The notes beneath the pieces are model-generated. The model saw nothing but the letters and a program-made list of their open reading frames with translations, was not told the DNA's origin and searched no databases. DNA of 34,542 nucleotides from Gammaproteobacteria bacterium (GTDB lineage Bacteria; Pseudomonadota; Gammaproteobacteria; GCA-001735895). The translations under genes and the position numbers were made by a program. Of the stretch, positions 10,188 to 19,271 are shown piece after piece; position 1 is the first letter of the stretch; each line of letters starts with the position of its first letter. The stretch covers positions 1-34,542 of the forward strand of contig JBATHL010000470.1 in assembly GCA_049666745.1 (NCBI GenBank), read 5' to 3'.

Positions 10188-10357
10188 ATATGGCAAGCAA
10201 TTTTATTATGGACTTTATCGACAGGCTATCTTCGGTTAAAAGCTGGATAATGTCGAATCCGAAAGTCGGTATTACAACGGTAATTAATAAGCCTGTAAAA
10301 TATTTTTAGTCATATCCGTCGATAAGGTCTGTCAAGCAGGCCGAATCACCACTTTAT

Positions 10358-11212
10358 CTACTCTTCATAATTATAAAAACCGCGGCCACTCTTGCGTCCC
10401 AGGTAGCCGGCATCGACCATCTGTTGCCAGATCGGGCAGGGCCGGTACTTTGAGTCACCGAAGCCCTCGTGCAGAACTTTGATCACCGCGTAACAGGTAT
10501 CCAGCCCGATCAGGTCGGCCAACATCAGCGGGCCCATCGGGTGCGCCATGCCCAGTTTCATGATTTCGTCGATACCTTCGGCACTGGCCAGGCCTTCGTA
10601 GTAGACGTAGGCGGCTTCGTTGATCATCGGAATCAGGATGCGATTGGCGACAAACCCGGGACTATCTTTGGCTTCGACCGGAATCTTGCCGATGAACTCG
10701 CTGAGTTCGTGTACAACCCGGTAGGTTTCATCAGTGGTTTGCAGGGCGCGAATAACCTCGACCAGCGCCATCATTGGTACCGGATTCATGAAGTGCATGC
10801 CGATAACCTGGCCGGCGCGCTGCGTCGCACCCGCAATGCGGGTCAGTGAAATCGAAGAGGTATTGCTCGCCAGGATCGCGTCGGCCTTGCAGATCTTGTC
10901 CAGTTGCCCGAACAACTCCAGTTTGAGCGCTTCATTTTCGGTGGCGGCCTCGATGACGATATCGACATCGGCCAATGCTTCGAGCGAGGTCGTGGTATCG
11001 ATGTTGGCGAGGGTGGACTGCTTGTCGTCCATGGTGATTTTTTCTTTCTTGATCAGGCGATCGAGACTGCCGGCGACCGTATCCAGACCGCGTTTGACCT
11101 GCGCTTCGCCGATATCCTGCATGATGACTTTGAGTCCCGCGGCCGCGCATACCTGCACGATACCGTTACCCATGGTTCCGGCGCCAACCACGCCTACTGT
11201 TTTTATGCCCAT
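10358..11212 (-). CDS. hbd: 3-hydroxybutyryl-CoA (3-hydroxyacyl-CoA) dehydrogenase, NAD-binding
   Basis: N-terminal Rossmann motif VGVVGAGTMGNGI, the SNTSS motif and PGFVANR are typical of Hbd/PaaH-type short-chain 3-hydroxyacyl-CoA dehydrogenases. Length 284 aa. Confidence 0.85.
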   Translation of the reverse strand: MGIKTVGVVGAGTMGNGIVQVCAAAGLKVIMQDIGEAQVKRGLDTVAGSLDRLIKKEKITMDDKQSTLANIDTTTSLEALADVDIVIEAATENEALKLELFGQLDKICKADAILASNTSSISLTRIAGATQRAGQVIGMHFMNPVPMMALVEVIRALQTTDETYRVVHELSEFIGKIPVEAKDSPGFVANRILIPMINEAAYVYYEGLASAEGIDEIMKLGMAHPMGPLMLADLIGLDTCYAVIKVLHEGFGDSKYRPCPIWQQMVDAGYLGRKSGRGFYNYEE

Positions 11213-11275
11213 TTGATACGCTCTCTCATGTTGGTTGCCACAACAGGAATTAATCCTGACTAATTTAATCTGAAT

Positions 11276-11426
11276 GTCATCCCCGCGAAAGCGGGGATCC
11301 AGTAACTTCCATCCTCATCCCGATACGCCGGACCGCCGGGACTCAGTTTCAATGGAAAATTTTAAAAATATTGTGCGCTCCGCGAGCGCGGCTAATTAAC
11401 TGGATCCCGGCTTTCGCCGGGATGAC
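11276..11426. repeat. REP-type element, inverted pair flanking about 90 bp
   Basis: Unit 11276..11306 is gtcatccccgcgaaagcggggatccagtaac. Unit 11396..11426 is ttaactggatcccggctttcgccgggatgac, an inverted copy. Read-through translation gives the spurious peptide VIPAKAGIQ in track ORF 11349..11969. Confidence 0.7.
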
Positions 11427-11447
11427 AGCTGCCTGTGTATAGCGGGA

Positions 11448-11472
11448 TGACAACTGCCTGTGGCAGTTGTCA
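11448..11472 (-). terminator. Perfect 11-bp stem-loop overlapping the icmF stop codon (possible terminator or RNA-stability hairpin)
   Basis: tgacaactgcc-tgt-ggcagttgtca. No U-tract follows on the minus strand, so a terminator function is uncertain. Confidence 0.3.
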
Positions 11473-14400
11473 CATGTTCCGTCGATACTGACCGCCAACC
11501 TCGAACAGCGCGTTGGTGATTTCACCGAGTGAACAGTAACGCACCGCGTCGACAAGCTCGGCAAAAATATTCTCGTTGTTGATTGCTGCCTGGCGTACGC
11601 GCTCGAGTGCCGTCGCGCCGGTATCTGCGTGAGCCGCGTGAAATTCACGCAAACGCTTGATCTGGCTTTGTTTTTCTTTCTCGGAAGAACGCGCGAGTTC
11701 GATTTCGTAATCCTGCTTGCCATTCGGGTTGAGAAAGGTATTAACACCGATAATCGGTAACGAGCCGTCATGCTTGCGGTGCTCGTAGAGCATCGATTCA
11801 TCCTGGATTCTGCCGCGCTGGTACCCGGTTTCCATCGCGCCGAGCACGCCACCACGTTCGGAGATGCGTTCAAATTCCTGCAACACGGCTTCCTCGACCA
11901 GGTCGGTGAGTTGTTCGACGATGAAAGATCCCTGGTTGGGATTCTGGTTCTTCGCCAGGCCCCATTCATTATTGATGATGAGTTGAATCGCGAGCGCGCG
12001 TCGCACCGAGTCTCCGGTCGGGGTCGTAATCGCTTCGTCGAAAGCGTTGGTATGCAGGCTGTTACAGTTATCGTAAACCGCGATCAGGGCCTGCAGGGTG
12101 GTGCGTATATCGTTAAAGTCCATTTCCTGCGCGTGTAAAGAGCGCCCCGAGGTCTGGATGTGATACTTGAGTTTCTGGCTGCGTTCGTTGGCGCCGTACT
12201 TGTGCTTCATCGCGGTCGCCCAGATGCGCCGCGCGACGCGCCCCATGACCGTGTATTCAGGATCCATGCCATTGCTGAAGAAAAAGGACAGGTTGGGTGC
12301 GAAATCGTCGATATGCATACCGCGCGCGAGATAGGTTTCGACGAAAGTAAAGCCGTTGGCGAGCGTAAACGCGAGCTGAGATATCGGGTTGGCGCCTGCC
12401 TCGGCGATGTGATATCCGGAAATCGAGACCGAGTAAAAATTACGGATGCGATGATCGATGAAGTATTGCTGGATATCGCCCATCATCTTGAGGGCAAATT
12501 CGGTGGAGAATATGCAGGTATTCTGCCCCTGGTCTTCTTTCAGAATGTCGGCCTGCACCGTGCCACGGATATTTTCCAGCGACCAGCCACGAATCTTGTC
12601 GATTTCCTGTTCGCTCGGCTGACGCTGGTTGTCAGTGACGAATTTCGCCAGCTGTTGTTCGATGGCTGTATTCAGATACATCGCCAGGATAATTGGCGCC
12701 GGTCCATTGATCGTCATCGATACCGAGGTCGTCGGGCTGCACAGATCGAAACCATCGTAAAGCGCTTTCATATCTTCCAGGGTAGCTATGGAAACCCCCG
12801 AATTACCGACCTTGCCGTAAATGTCGGGGCGTTCATCCGGGTCGCAGCCGTACAGGGTAACTGAATCGAACGCAGTCGAAAGACGTTTCGCCGTGGCATG
12901 ACCGGACAGTTGCTTGAAGCGTCGATTGGTGCGGAAGGCATCGCCTTCGCCGGCAAACATTCGCGTTGGATCTTCGCCCTCGCGTTTGAAAGCGAAAACA
13001 CCGGCGGTAAACGGAAAGCTGCCCGGCAGGTTTTCCAGTAGCAACCATTTCAATAGCTCGCCCTGGTCTTCGAAGGCGGGCAGGGACACCCTGGGGATTT
13101 TCGACCCGGACAGGGTCTCATACTTGAGTTCAGTACGAATTTCGCGATCGCGAACCTGCACCACGTATTCATCGCCGGCATATTTTTGCCTGACCTCGGG
13201 CCATTGTTCGAGCAGGTTTCGCGAATCGTCATCCAGCGCGGTTTCACGCTGCACTATCAAATCATCGAGGTCAGCTGTATCGATAGCTGGATTATGCGCG
13301 GTCAGCATGTGCCTGGTTGCGCTTAACTGCTGGCGTTCACGAGCCACCGACACCTGTTGCCGGCTATGGCTATGGTAATCTCGTACGGTCGCTGCAATTT
13401 CAGCCAGGTAGCGGACGCGTTGCGCGGGCACAATCACGGTGTTGGCAGTAGATTTCCTGGTTTCGACACGCGGTAAATGCGCCTCGGCAGGCGCCAGGCC
13501 CAGCTCGATCAGCTTGTGTAGTACTTGCTGGTAAAGTGCGGTCGTACCGTCGTCGTTGAAGCGCGCCGCGATGGTGCCGAAAACCGGCATTTCTTCGATA
13601 GCCTGCGCGAATGCTTCGCGGTTGCGTTGGACCTGCTTGCAGACGTCGCGATAGGCGTCTTCGGCCCCTTTACGATCAAATTTATTGATCGCGACAATAT
13701 CGGCGAAATCGAGCATATCGATTTTTTCGAGCTGGCTTTGCGCGCCAAATTCCGGCGTCATGACATAGAGCGAGGCGTCGACCAGCGGCACGATGGCAGC
13801 GTCGCCCTGGCCGATGCCCGGGGTTTCGACAATGATGAAATCGAATGCGCACAGCTTGCAGGCGGCAACCACATCGCCGACGACTGTGGGAATTTCACCG
13901 ACCGAGTCACGGGTAGCCAGCGAACGCATGTAGATATTGGCGTGGTTGATCGCGTTCATGCGGATGCGGTCGCCCAACAGTGAGCCTCCGGTCTTGCGTC
14001 GCGTCGGGTCAATCGCGATGACCGCAATCTTGAGTTGGTCGCCATGATCCAGGCGGAAGCGACGGATAATTTCATCGGTGAGCGATGATTTGCCGGAGCC
14101 TCCGGTGCCGGTGATTCCCAGTACCGGAATGGCTTTTTCAGCGGCAGTCTGGACGAGTTGTTCGCGGAGTTCACTACTGACGGTATTATTTTCGAGTGCG
14201 GTAATCAGGCTTGCCAGCGCTATCGTGTCATGTTGCTTCAATCCATCGAGCGAAGTCGGGGCCTGTTGCCCGGGATCGTACTGGCAGCGTTCCAGCATAT
14301 CCGAAATCATGCCCTGCAAGCCCATGGTCTGGCCATCTTCCGGGGAATAGATGCGGGTTACGCCGTAGGCTTCGAGTTCGCGAATTTCGGCGGGTACGAT

Positions 14401-14736
14401 GACGCCGCCACCGCCGGCGAAAATACGGATATCCGGACGGCCCCTGGTTTTGAGCATGTCCACCATGTACTTCAGAAACTCGACATGCCCTCCCTGGTAG
14501 GAACTGAGCGCAATCGCGTGTACGTCTTCCTGGATTGCGGCGTCGACTATTTCAGCCACCGAGCGATTATGGCCGAGATGGATAACCTCGGCGCCGGAAG
14601 ACTGCAGGATGCGACGCATGATATTGATCGCGGCGTCGTGTCCGTCAAACAGGCTCGCGGAGGTCACAAAGCGAACCTTTATCTGCCGGGTCGAACTCGA
14701 CGGAATGGTAATCACCTTTTCCTGTGCGGAACTCAT
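11470..14736 (-). CDS. icmF: Fused isobutyryl-CoA mutase (B12-binding domain, MeaB-like G-protein, mutase catalytic domain)
   Basis: 1088 aa. The N-terminus carries the B12 motif [10 protein letters not shown] (DxHxxG type). The middle carries the P-loop GTGGSGKSS and NKFD (a G-protein chaperone). The C-terminus carries the mutase core ([30 protein letters not shown]). ATG at 14736 with GAGG upstream. Confidence 0.9.
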   Translation of the reverse strand: MSSAQEKVITIPSSSTRQIKVRFVTSASLFDGHDAAINIMRRILQSSGAEVIHLGHNRSVAEIVDAAIQEDVHAIALSSYQGGHVEFLKYMVDMLKTRGRPDIRIFAGGGGVIVPAEIRELEAYGVTRIYSPEDGQTMGLQGMISDMLERCQYDPGQQAPTSLDGLKQHDTIALASLITALENNTVSSELREQLVQTAAEKAIPVLGITGTGGSGKSSLTDEIIRRFRLDHGDQLKIAVIAIDPTRRKTGGSLLGDRIRMNAINHANIYMRSLATRDSVGEIPTVVGDVVAACKLCAFDFIIVETPGIGQGDAAIVPLVDASLYVMTPEFGAQSQLEKIDMLDFADIVAINKFDRKGAEDAYRDVCKQVQRNREAFAQAIEEMPVFGTIAARFNDDGTTALYQQVLHKLIELGLAPAEAHLPRVETRKSTANTVIVPAQRVRYLAEIAATVRDYHSHSRQQVSVARERQQLSATRHMLTAHNPAIDTADLDDLIVQRETALDDDSRNLLEQWPEVRQKYAGDEYVVQVRDREIRTELKYETLSGSKIPRVSLPAFEDQGELLKWLLLENLPGSFPFTAGVFAFKREGEDPTRMFAGEGDAFRTNRRFKQLSGHATAKRLSTAFDSVTLYGCDPDERPDIYGKVGNSGVSIATLEDMKALYDGFDLCSPTTSVSMTINGPAPIILAMYLNTAIEQQLAKFVTDNQRQPSEQEIDKIRGWSLENIRGTVQADILKEDQGQNTCIFSTEFALKMMGDIQQYFIDHRIRNFYSVSISGYHIAEAGANPISQLAFTLANGFTFVETYLARGMHIDDFAPNLSFFFSNGMDPEYTVMGRVARRIWATAMKHKYGANERSQKLKYHIQTSGRSLHAQEMDFNDIRTTLQALIAVYDNCNSLHTNAFDEAITTPTGDSVRRALAIQLIINNEWGLAKNQNPNQGSFIVEQLTDLVEEAVLQEFERISERGGVLGAMETGYQRGRIQDESMLYEHRKHDGSLPIIGVNTFLNPNGKQDYEIELARSSEKEKQSQIKRLREFHAAHADTGATALERVRQAAINNENIFAELVDAVRYCSLGEITNALFEVGGQYRRNM

Positions 14737-14792
14737 GATAGAAACCTCAGCGGGATAAATTATGGTTGCATTATGTGGCGCGTTAAACTACC

Positions 14793-14813
14793 TTACGTTT
14801 ACGTTAACGTCAA
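14793..14813. promoter_or_regulatory. ACGT-repeat palindromic site in the icmF / liu divergent control region (candidate LiuR operator)
   Basis: ttacgtttacgttaacgtcaa contains three ACGT cores at 6-bp spacing and the perfect palindrome ACGTTAACGT (14801..14810). It is the only strong dyad in the 122-bp divergent region next to a MerR-type liuR. The match to published LiuR motifs is from memory and unverified. Confidence 0.35.
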
Positions 14814-14858
14814 CCCTTTGTTCAGGCATAAATATACCCGTTTGCTTCCCCTACCGAT

Positions 14859-15302
14859 ATGAGCCTTCAATTTCAAGCAAAAGATCCTGATTTCAAGGCC
14901 AGGATTACGCAAAGTTTCAGCGAGCAAGCCGTAATGCAGCATATTAACGCCTCGTTGATCGGTATCGACGCCGGACAGGTTGAAATCGGATTTCCCTACC
15001 AGCTGGCATTGACCCAGCAGGATGGTTTTATCCACGCCGGTATATCGTCTACGGTCATGGACAGTGCCTGCGGTTATGCAGCATTTACGTTAATGCCGGT
15101 CGAAGCGAGGGTATTGACGATTGAGTTTAAAATAAACCTGCTCGCGCCAGCCGCCGGGGATTCTTTTCGTGCTGTCGGCAAAGTGCGTAAACCGGGGCGC
15201 AGCGTGTTCGTCGCCGAAGCCGAACTCTATGCGACTTCTAACGGGACTGACAAACTGGTTGCGACCATGGTCGGAACCCTGATGGCGATGTATCCGCAAT
15301 AG
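14859..15302 (+). CDS. PaaI-family hotdog-fold thioesterase
   Basis: 147 aa. GFIHAGISSTVMDSACGYAA and TIEFKINLLAPA fit the PaaI/4HBT class II pattern. Confidence 0.75.
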   Translation: MSLQFQAKDPDFKARITQSFSEQAVMQHINASLIGIDAGQVEIGFPYQLALTQQDGFIHAGISSTVMDSACGYAAFTLMPVEARVLTIEFKINLLAPAAGDSFRAVGKVRKPGRSVFVAEAELYATSNGTDKLVATMVGTLMAMYPQ

Positions 15303-15318
15303 CCGTATCGAGAGCAAT

Positions 15319-15741
15319 ATGAAACCGACCGAAACCAGCAACCAGACTTATAGCATCGGCCAGTTAGCTGAAGAGTTCGGCATCACTTCACGCACCTTGC
15401 GGCTCTACGAGGAAGAGGGCTTGCTCGATCCGCTGCGCGACGGCACACGGCGCATCTACAATGAGCGCAATCGCGTTAGATTGCGACTGATTTTACGTGG
15501 TAAACGCCTTGGCTGGTCACTGTCGGAAATCCGCGAACTGTTCGATCTTTACGATTCGAGCCAGGGTGAACAGGCGCAACTTGAATTGATGCTGGAAAAA
15601 CTGGCGCATCGACGCGAAGCCTTGATTGAACAGAAGAATGACATCGACCAGGCCCTGCAGGAACTCGATCGAATCGTCGCCAACGCTGAACAGGCGCTGC
15701 AGGGCATCGAATCGGGACAACGCAAGCTGCGTCATGGTTAA
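15319..15741 (+). CDS. liuR: MerR-family transcriptional regulator, LiuR-type
   Basis: The N-terminal HTH YSIGQLAEEFGITSRTLRLYEEEGLL is followed by a coiled-coil dimerisation helix. It sits immediately upstream of isovaleryl-CoA dehydrogenase, as in liuR-liuA arrangements. Confidence 0.8.
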   Translation: MKPTETSNQTYSIGQLAEEFGITSRTLRLYEEEGLLDPLRDGTRRIYNERNRVRLRLILRGKRLGWSLSEIRELFDLYDSSQGEQAQLELMLEKLAHRREALIEQKNDIDQALQELDRIVANAEQALQGIESGQRKLRHG

Positions 15742-15756
15742 TTACCGGGGTAACCA

Positions 15757-16920
15757 ATGATACATATACCATCTTTGAATTTTGATTTGGGTGAAACCGT
15801 CGACCTGTTGCGCGATGCGGTGCAAGATTTTGCGCAGGCTGAAATCGCACCTATGGCGGCCGAAATCGATCGTTCCAACGAATTCCCTAATGAACTCTGG
15901 CCCAGGCTCGGGGACATGGGGTTGCTGGGTATTACCGTAGCGGAAACCTATGGCGGCAGCGATATGGGGTACCTTGCACATATCGTCGCGATGGAAGAAA
16001 TCAGCCGTGCCTCGGCCTCGGTCGGGTTAAGTTATGGTGCGCATTCGAACCTGTGCGTGAACCAGATCAATCGCAATGGTAACGATGCACAAAAACAGCA
16101 ATACCTGCCGAAGCTGATAAGTGGTGAACATATCGGCGCGCTGGCCATGTCGGAACCGGGTTCCGGATCGGATGTCGTCAGCATGCAGATGAAAGCGGAA
16201 AAGACCGCGGACGGTTATGTCCTGAACGGCACCAAGATGTGGATTACCAATGGTCCCGACGCGGATCTGATCGTGGTTTATGCGAAAACCGATGTCAGCG
16301 CCGGGTCGCGTGGCATCAGTGCTTTCCTGGTGGAAAAGGAGTTCGGTTTCAGCAGCGCGCAAAAACTCGACAAGCTCGGTATGCGCGGCTCCAACACCGG
16401 CGAACTGGTGTTTCAGAATGTCGAGGTTCCGGCACAAAATCTGCTCGGCGAACTAGATCGAGGTGCCGCGGTATTGATGAGCGGACTTGATTATGAGCGC
16501 GCCGTGTTGTCGGCGGGTCCGACCGGCATCATGCAGGCCTGTATGGATGCCGTAGTGCCCTATGTGCACGAGCGCAAACAGTTTGGTCAGCCAATCGGCG
16601 AATTTGAACTGATGCAGGGCAAACTGGCCGATATGTACACCACGATGAACGCGACCAAAGCCTATGTATACGCGGTCGGCAAGGCTTGCGATCGCGGTGA
16701 AACCACGCGCAAGGATGCCGCCGGAGCAATTCTGTATGCGGCCGAAAAGGCAACCTGGATGGCGCTGGAGGCGATTCAGGCGCTGGGTGGCAACGGTTAC
16801 ACCAACGACTACCCGGTGGGTCGACTGTTACGCGATGCCAAGCTCTATGAAATTGGAGCCGGTACTTCCGAAATTCGGCGCATGTTAATCGGGCGGGAAT
16901 TGTTTAACGAAACTAATTAG
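15757..16920 (+). CDS. liuA: Isovaleryl-CoA dehydrogenase
   Basis: 387-aa ACAD with the IVD-like N-terminus [26 protein letters not shown]. It ends [20 protein letters not shown]. Located in the liu context. Confidence 0.9.
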   Translation: MIHIPSLNFDLGETVDLLRDAVQDFAQAEIAPMAAEIDRSNEFPNELWPRLGDMGLLGITVAETYGGSDMGYLAHIVAMEEISRASASVGLSYGAHSNLCVNQINRNGNDAQKQQYLPKLISGEHIGALAMSEPGSGSDVVSMQMKAEKTADGYVLNGTKMWITNGPDADLIVVYAKTDVSAGSRGISAFLVEKEFGFSSAQKLDKLGMRGSNTGELVFQNVEVPAQNLLGELDRGAAVLMSGLDYERAVLSAGPTGIMQACMDAVVPYVHERKQFGQPIGEFELMQGKLADMYTTMNATKAYVYAVGKACDRGETTRKDAAGAILYAAEKATWMALEAIQALGGNGYTNDYPVGRLLRDAKLYEIGAGTSEIRRMLIGRELFNETN

Positions 16921-16941
16921 TCAAACTTTAAAGAGAAAATC

Positions 16942-18123
16942 ATGAGCGAAAATATTGTTATTACCGGCGCCGCACGCACCCCGATGGGTGGGTTCCAGGG
17001 CGTTTTATCCGCTGCCACAGCCTCGCAACTCGGTGCTGCCGCAATTGCCGCCGCAGTCGAACGAAGCCAGCTTCAGGGCGATGCGATAGATGAAGTTATC
17101 ATGGGTTGCGTACTGCCGGCTGGTCAGGGCCAGGCTCCGGCACGCCAGGCAAGCCTCGGCGCGGGACTCCCGCTGGCCACCGGCTGCACCACGATCAACA
17201 AGATGTGCGGCTCCGGCATGAAGGCCACCATGTTGGCGCATGACCTGCTCAGGGCAGGTAGCAACCGGGTAATGGTCGCCGGTGGTCTCGAAAGCATGAC
17301 CAATGCGCCTTACCTGTTGCCCAAAGCGCGCGGTGGCATGCGCATGGGGCATGGGCAGGTGCTTGATCATATGTTTACCGATGGACTCGAGGACGCCTAC
17401 GACAAGGGTCAGCTGATGGGTGTATTTGCCGAGAATACGGCGGATAAATACCAGTTCACGCGTGAGCAGCAGGATGAGTTTGCGATCACTTCACTCAGGC
17501 GTGCCCAGGCCGCGATCGAGAGCGGTGCCTTCGCGGATGAAATTACCCCGGTCGTGATCAACACTCGCAAGGGCGAAGTCACCGTGGATACCGACGAACA
17601 ACCCTTCAATGCGAATATCGACAAGATCCCGACCTTACGCCCGGCGTTTCGTGCGGATGGCACCGTGACTGCGGCTAATTCAAGCTCGATATCCGACGGC
17701 GGCGCGGCGCTGGTATTGATGGCTGAAGCCGAGGCTGACAGGCGTCAAGTCAAGCCATTGGCAATCATCCGTGCCCATGCAACCCACGCCCACGAACCCG
17801 CCTGGTTCACCACTGCCCCGGTCGGCGCGATCAAAAAGGTACTCGAGGCGGCCAACTGGTCCAGCGACGAAGTCGATCTGTACGAGATTAACGAAGCCTT
17901 CGCCGTGGTAACGATGGCGGCGATGACCGATCTCGCACTCGATCATGCAAAAGTCAATGTCAACGGTGGCGCCTGCGCGCTGGGACATCCGATTGGCGCC
18001 TCGGGTGCTCGCATCATCGTCACCCTGCTGGCCGCCCTGCAGCGACAGGGTCTCAAAAAAGGTGTCGCCGGGCTCTGTATAGGTGGTGGCGAAGCGACCG
18101 CGATTGCAGTGGAAATGGTGTAA
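16942..18123 (+). CDS. Acetyl-CoA C-acyltransferase (thiolase II-like)
   Basis: Active-site regions [30 protein letters not shown] and GLCIGGGEATA. Length 393 aa. Confidence 0.9.
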   Translation: MSENIVITGAARTPMGGFQGVLSAATASQLGAAAIAAAVERSQLQGDAIDEVIMGCVLPAGQGQAPARQASLGAGLPLATGCTTINKMCGSGMKATMLAHDLLRAGSNRVMVAGGLESMTNAPYLLPKARGGMRMGHGQVLDHMFTDGLEDAYDKGQLMGVFAENTADKYQFTREQQDEFAITSLRRAQAAIESGAFADEITPVVINTRKGEVTVDTDEQPFNANIDKIPTLRPAFRADGTVTAANSSSISDGGAALVLMAEAEADRRQVKPLAIIRAHATHAHEPAWFTTAPVGAIKKVLEAANWSSDEVDLYEINEAFAVVTMAAMTDLALDHAKVNVNGGACALGHPIGASGARIIVTLLAALQRQGLKKGVAGLCIGGGEATAIAVEMV

Positions 18124-18131
18124 ACAGCGCG

Positions 18132-19271
18132 ATGCAACTCAGCGAAGAGCAGCGCCTGATTCGCGATAGCGTGCGCGACTTCGTGCAGGAACGGGTCGCC
18201 CCCTTTGCTGCCGACTGGGATCGGGACAGTCTTTTCCCGCGTGAGCAGCTTGATGAAATGGCTGCGTTGGGCCTGTTCGGCATGTTCATCCCCGAGGAAT
18301 GGGGCGGCAGTGGCACCGATTACCTGTCGTTTGCCCTGGCGATCGAAGAAGTCGCCGCCGGCGATGGCGCCTGTTCGACAATCCTCAGCGTCAACAACTC
18401 GGTGGTCTGCGGCGTACTGCTAGCTTCCGGCAGCGAGTATCTCAGGCAAACCTATCTCACCGCGCTCGCCTCGGGTGCGCAACTGGGTTGTTTTTGCCTG
18501 ACCGAACCGCAGGCCGGTTCCGACGCCGCGGCGCTTAAAACGCGTGCGCAAAAGCAGGCTGACGGCTACGTCTTGAATGGCAGCAAGGCCTTTATCACCT
18601 CGGGTGCAAATGCCGATGTGGCGATTGTGTTTGCCGTTACCGATCCTGCTGCCGGCAAGAAGGGTATCAGCGCTTTCGTGGTACCAACCGATAATCCCGG
18701 TTACCAGGTCGGCAGTGTGGAGCAGAAAATGGGTCAGCATGCCTCAGATACCGCGCAGATTTTTCTCAGGGACTGCCAGATTCCGGCAGATCATTTAATC
18801 GGTGAGGAAGGCGAGGGTTACAAAATTGCGCTGATGAATCTCGAGGGCGGCAGGATCGGTATCGGCGCGCAGAGTGTCGGTATGGCGCGCGCGGCATATG
18901 AATGCGCACTGGCTTATGCAAAGGATCGCGTGAGCTTTGGTAAAGCGTTGCTCGAACATCAGGCGGTTGCGTTTCGCCTGGCCGATATGGCGACCCAGCT
19001 CGAGGCGGCGAGATTGATGGTGCATAATGCGGCGCGTTTGCGCGATGCCGGCGAACCTTGCCTGAAACAGGCCAGCATGGCCAAGTTGTTCGCCTCGGAA
19101 GCGGCTGAGATAATATGCTCGGACGCGCTCCAGGTGCTCGGCGGTTATGGCTACCTGCGCGATTACCCGGTCGAACGGATCGCGCGAGATGTACGCGTCG
19201 CTCAAATCTATGAAGGCACCAGTGATATCCAGCGCATGGTCATTGCGCGTGAACTCGCGGCGGAATTATGA
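18132..19271 (+). CDS. Short/branched-chain acyl-CoA dehydrogenase
   Basis: 379-aa ACAD with [15 protein letters not shown] and [18 protein letters not shown]. Substrate (butyryl, isobutyryl or 2-methylbutyryl) cannot be resolved by eye. ATGA overlap with liuB. Confidence 0.85.
   Translation: MQLSEEQRLIRDSVRDFVQERVAPFAADWDRDSLFPREQLDEMAALGLFGMFIPEEWGGSGTDYLSFALAIEEVAAGDGACSTILSVNNSVVCGVLLASGSEYLRQTYLTALASGAQLGCFCLTEPQAGSDAAALKTRAQKQADGYVLNGSKAFITSGANADVAIVFAVTDPAAGKKGISAFVVPTDNPGYQVGSVEQKMGQHASDTAQIFLRDCQIPADHLIGEEGEGYKIALMNLEGGRIGIGAQSVGMARAAYECALAYAKDRVSFGKALLEHQAVAFRLADMATQLEAARLMVHNAARLRDAGEPCLKQASMAKLFASEAAEIICSDALQVLGGYGYLRDYPVERIARDVRVAQIYEGTSDIQRMVIARELAAEL

Noticed and set aside
11349-11969. 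206-aa minus-strand ORF overlapping the icmF 3-prime end and the REP region.
   Set aside because: It is out of frame with the strongly supported icmF CDS. It has an Arg/Ser-rich low-complexity translation and ends in the REP-derived peptide VIPAKAGIQ, so it is a spurious read-through ORF.
14737-14858. Possible cobalamin riboswitch upstream of the B12-dependent icmF.
   Set aside because: The leader is at most about 120 nt and is shared with a divergent promoter. That is too short for a cobalamin riboswitch of about 200 nt, and I could not find the conserved B12-box-like GCCACTG core.
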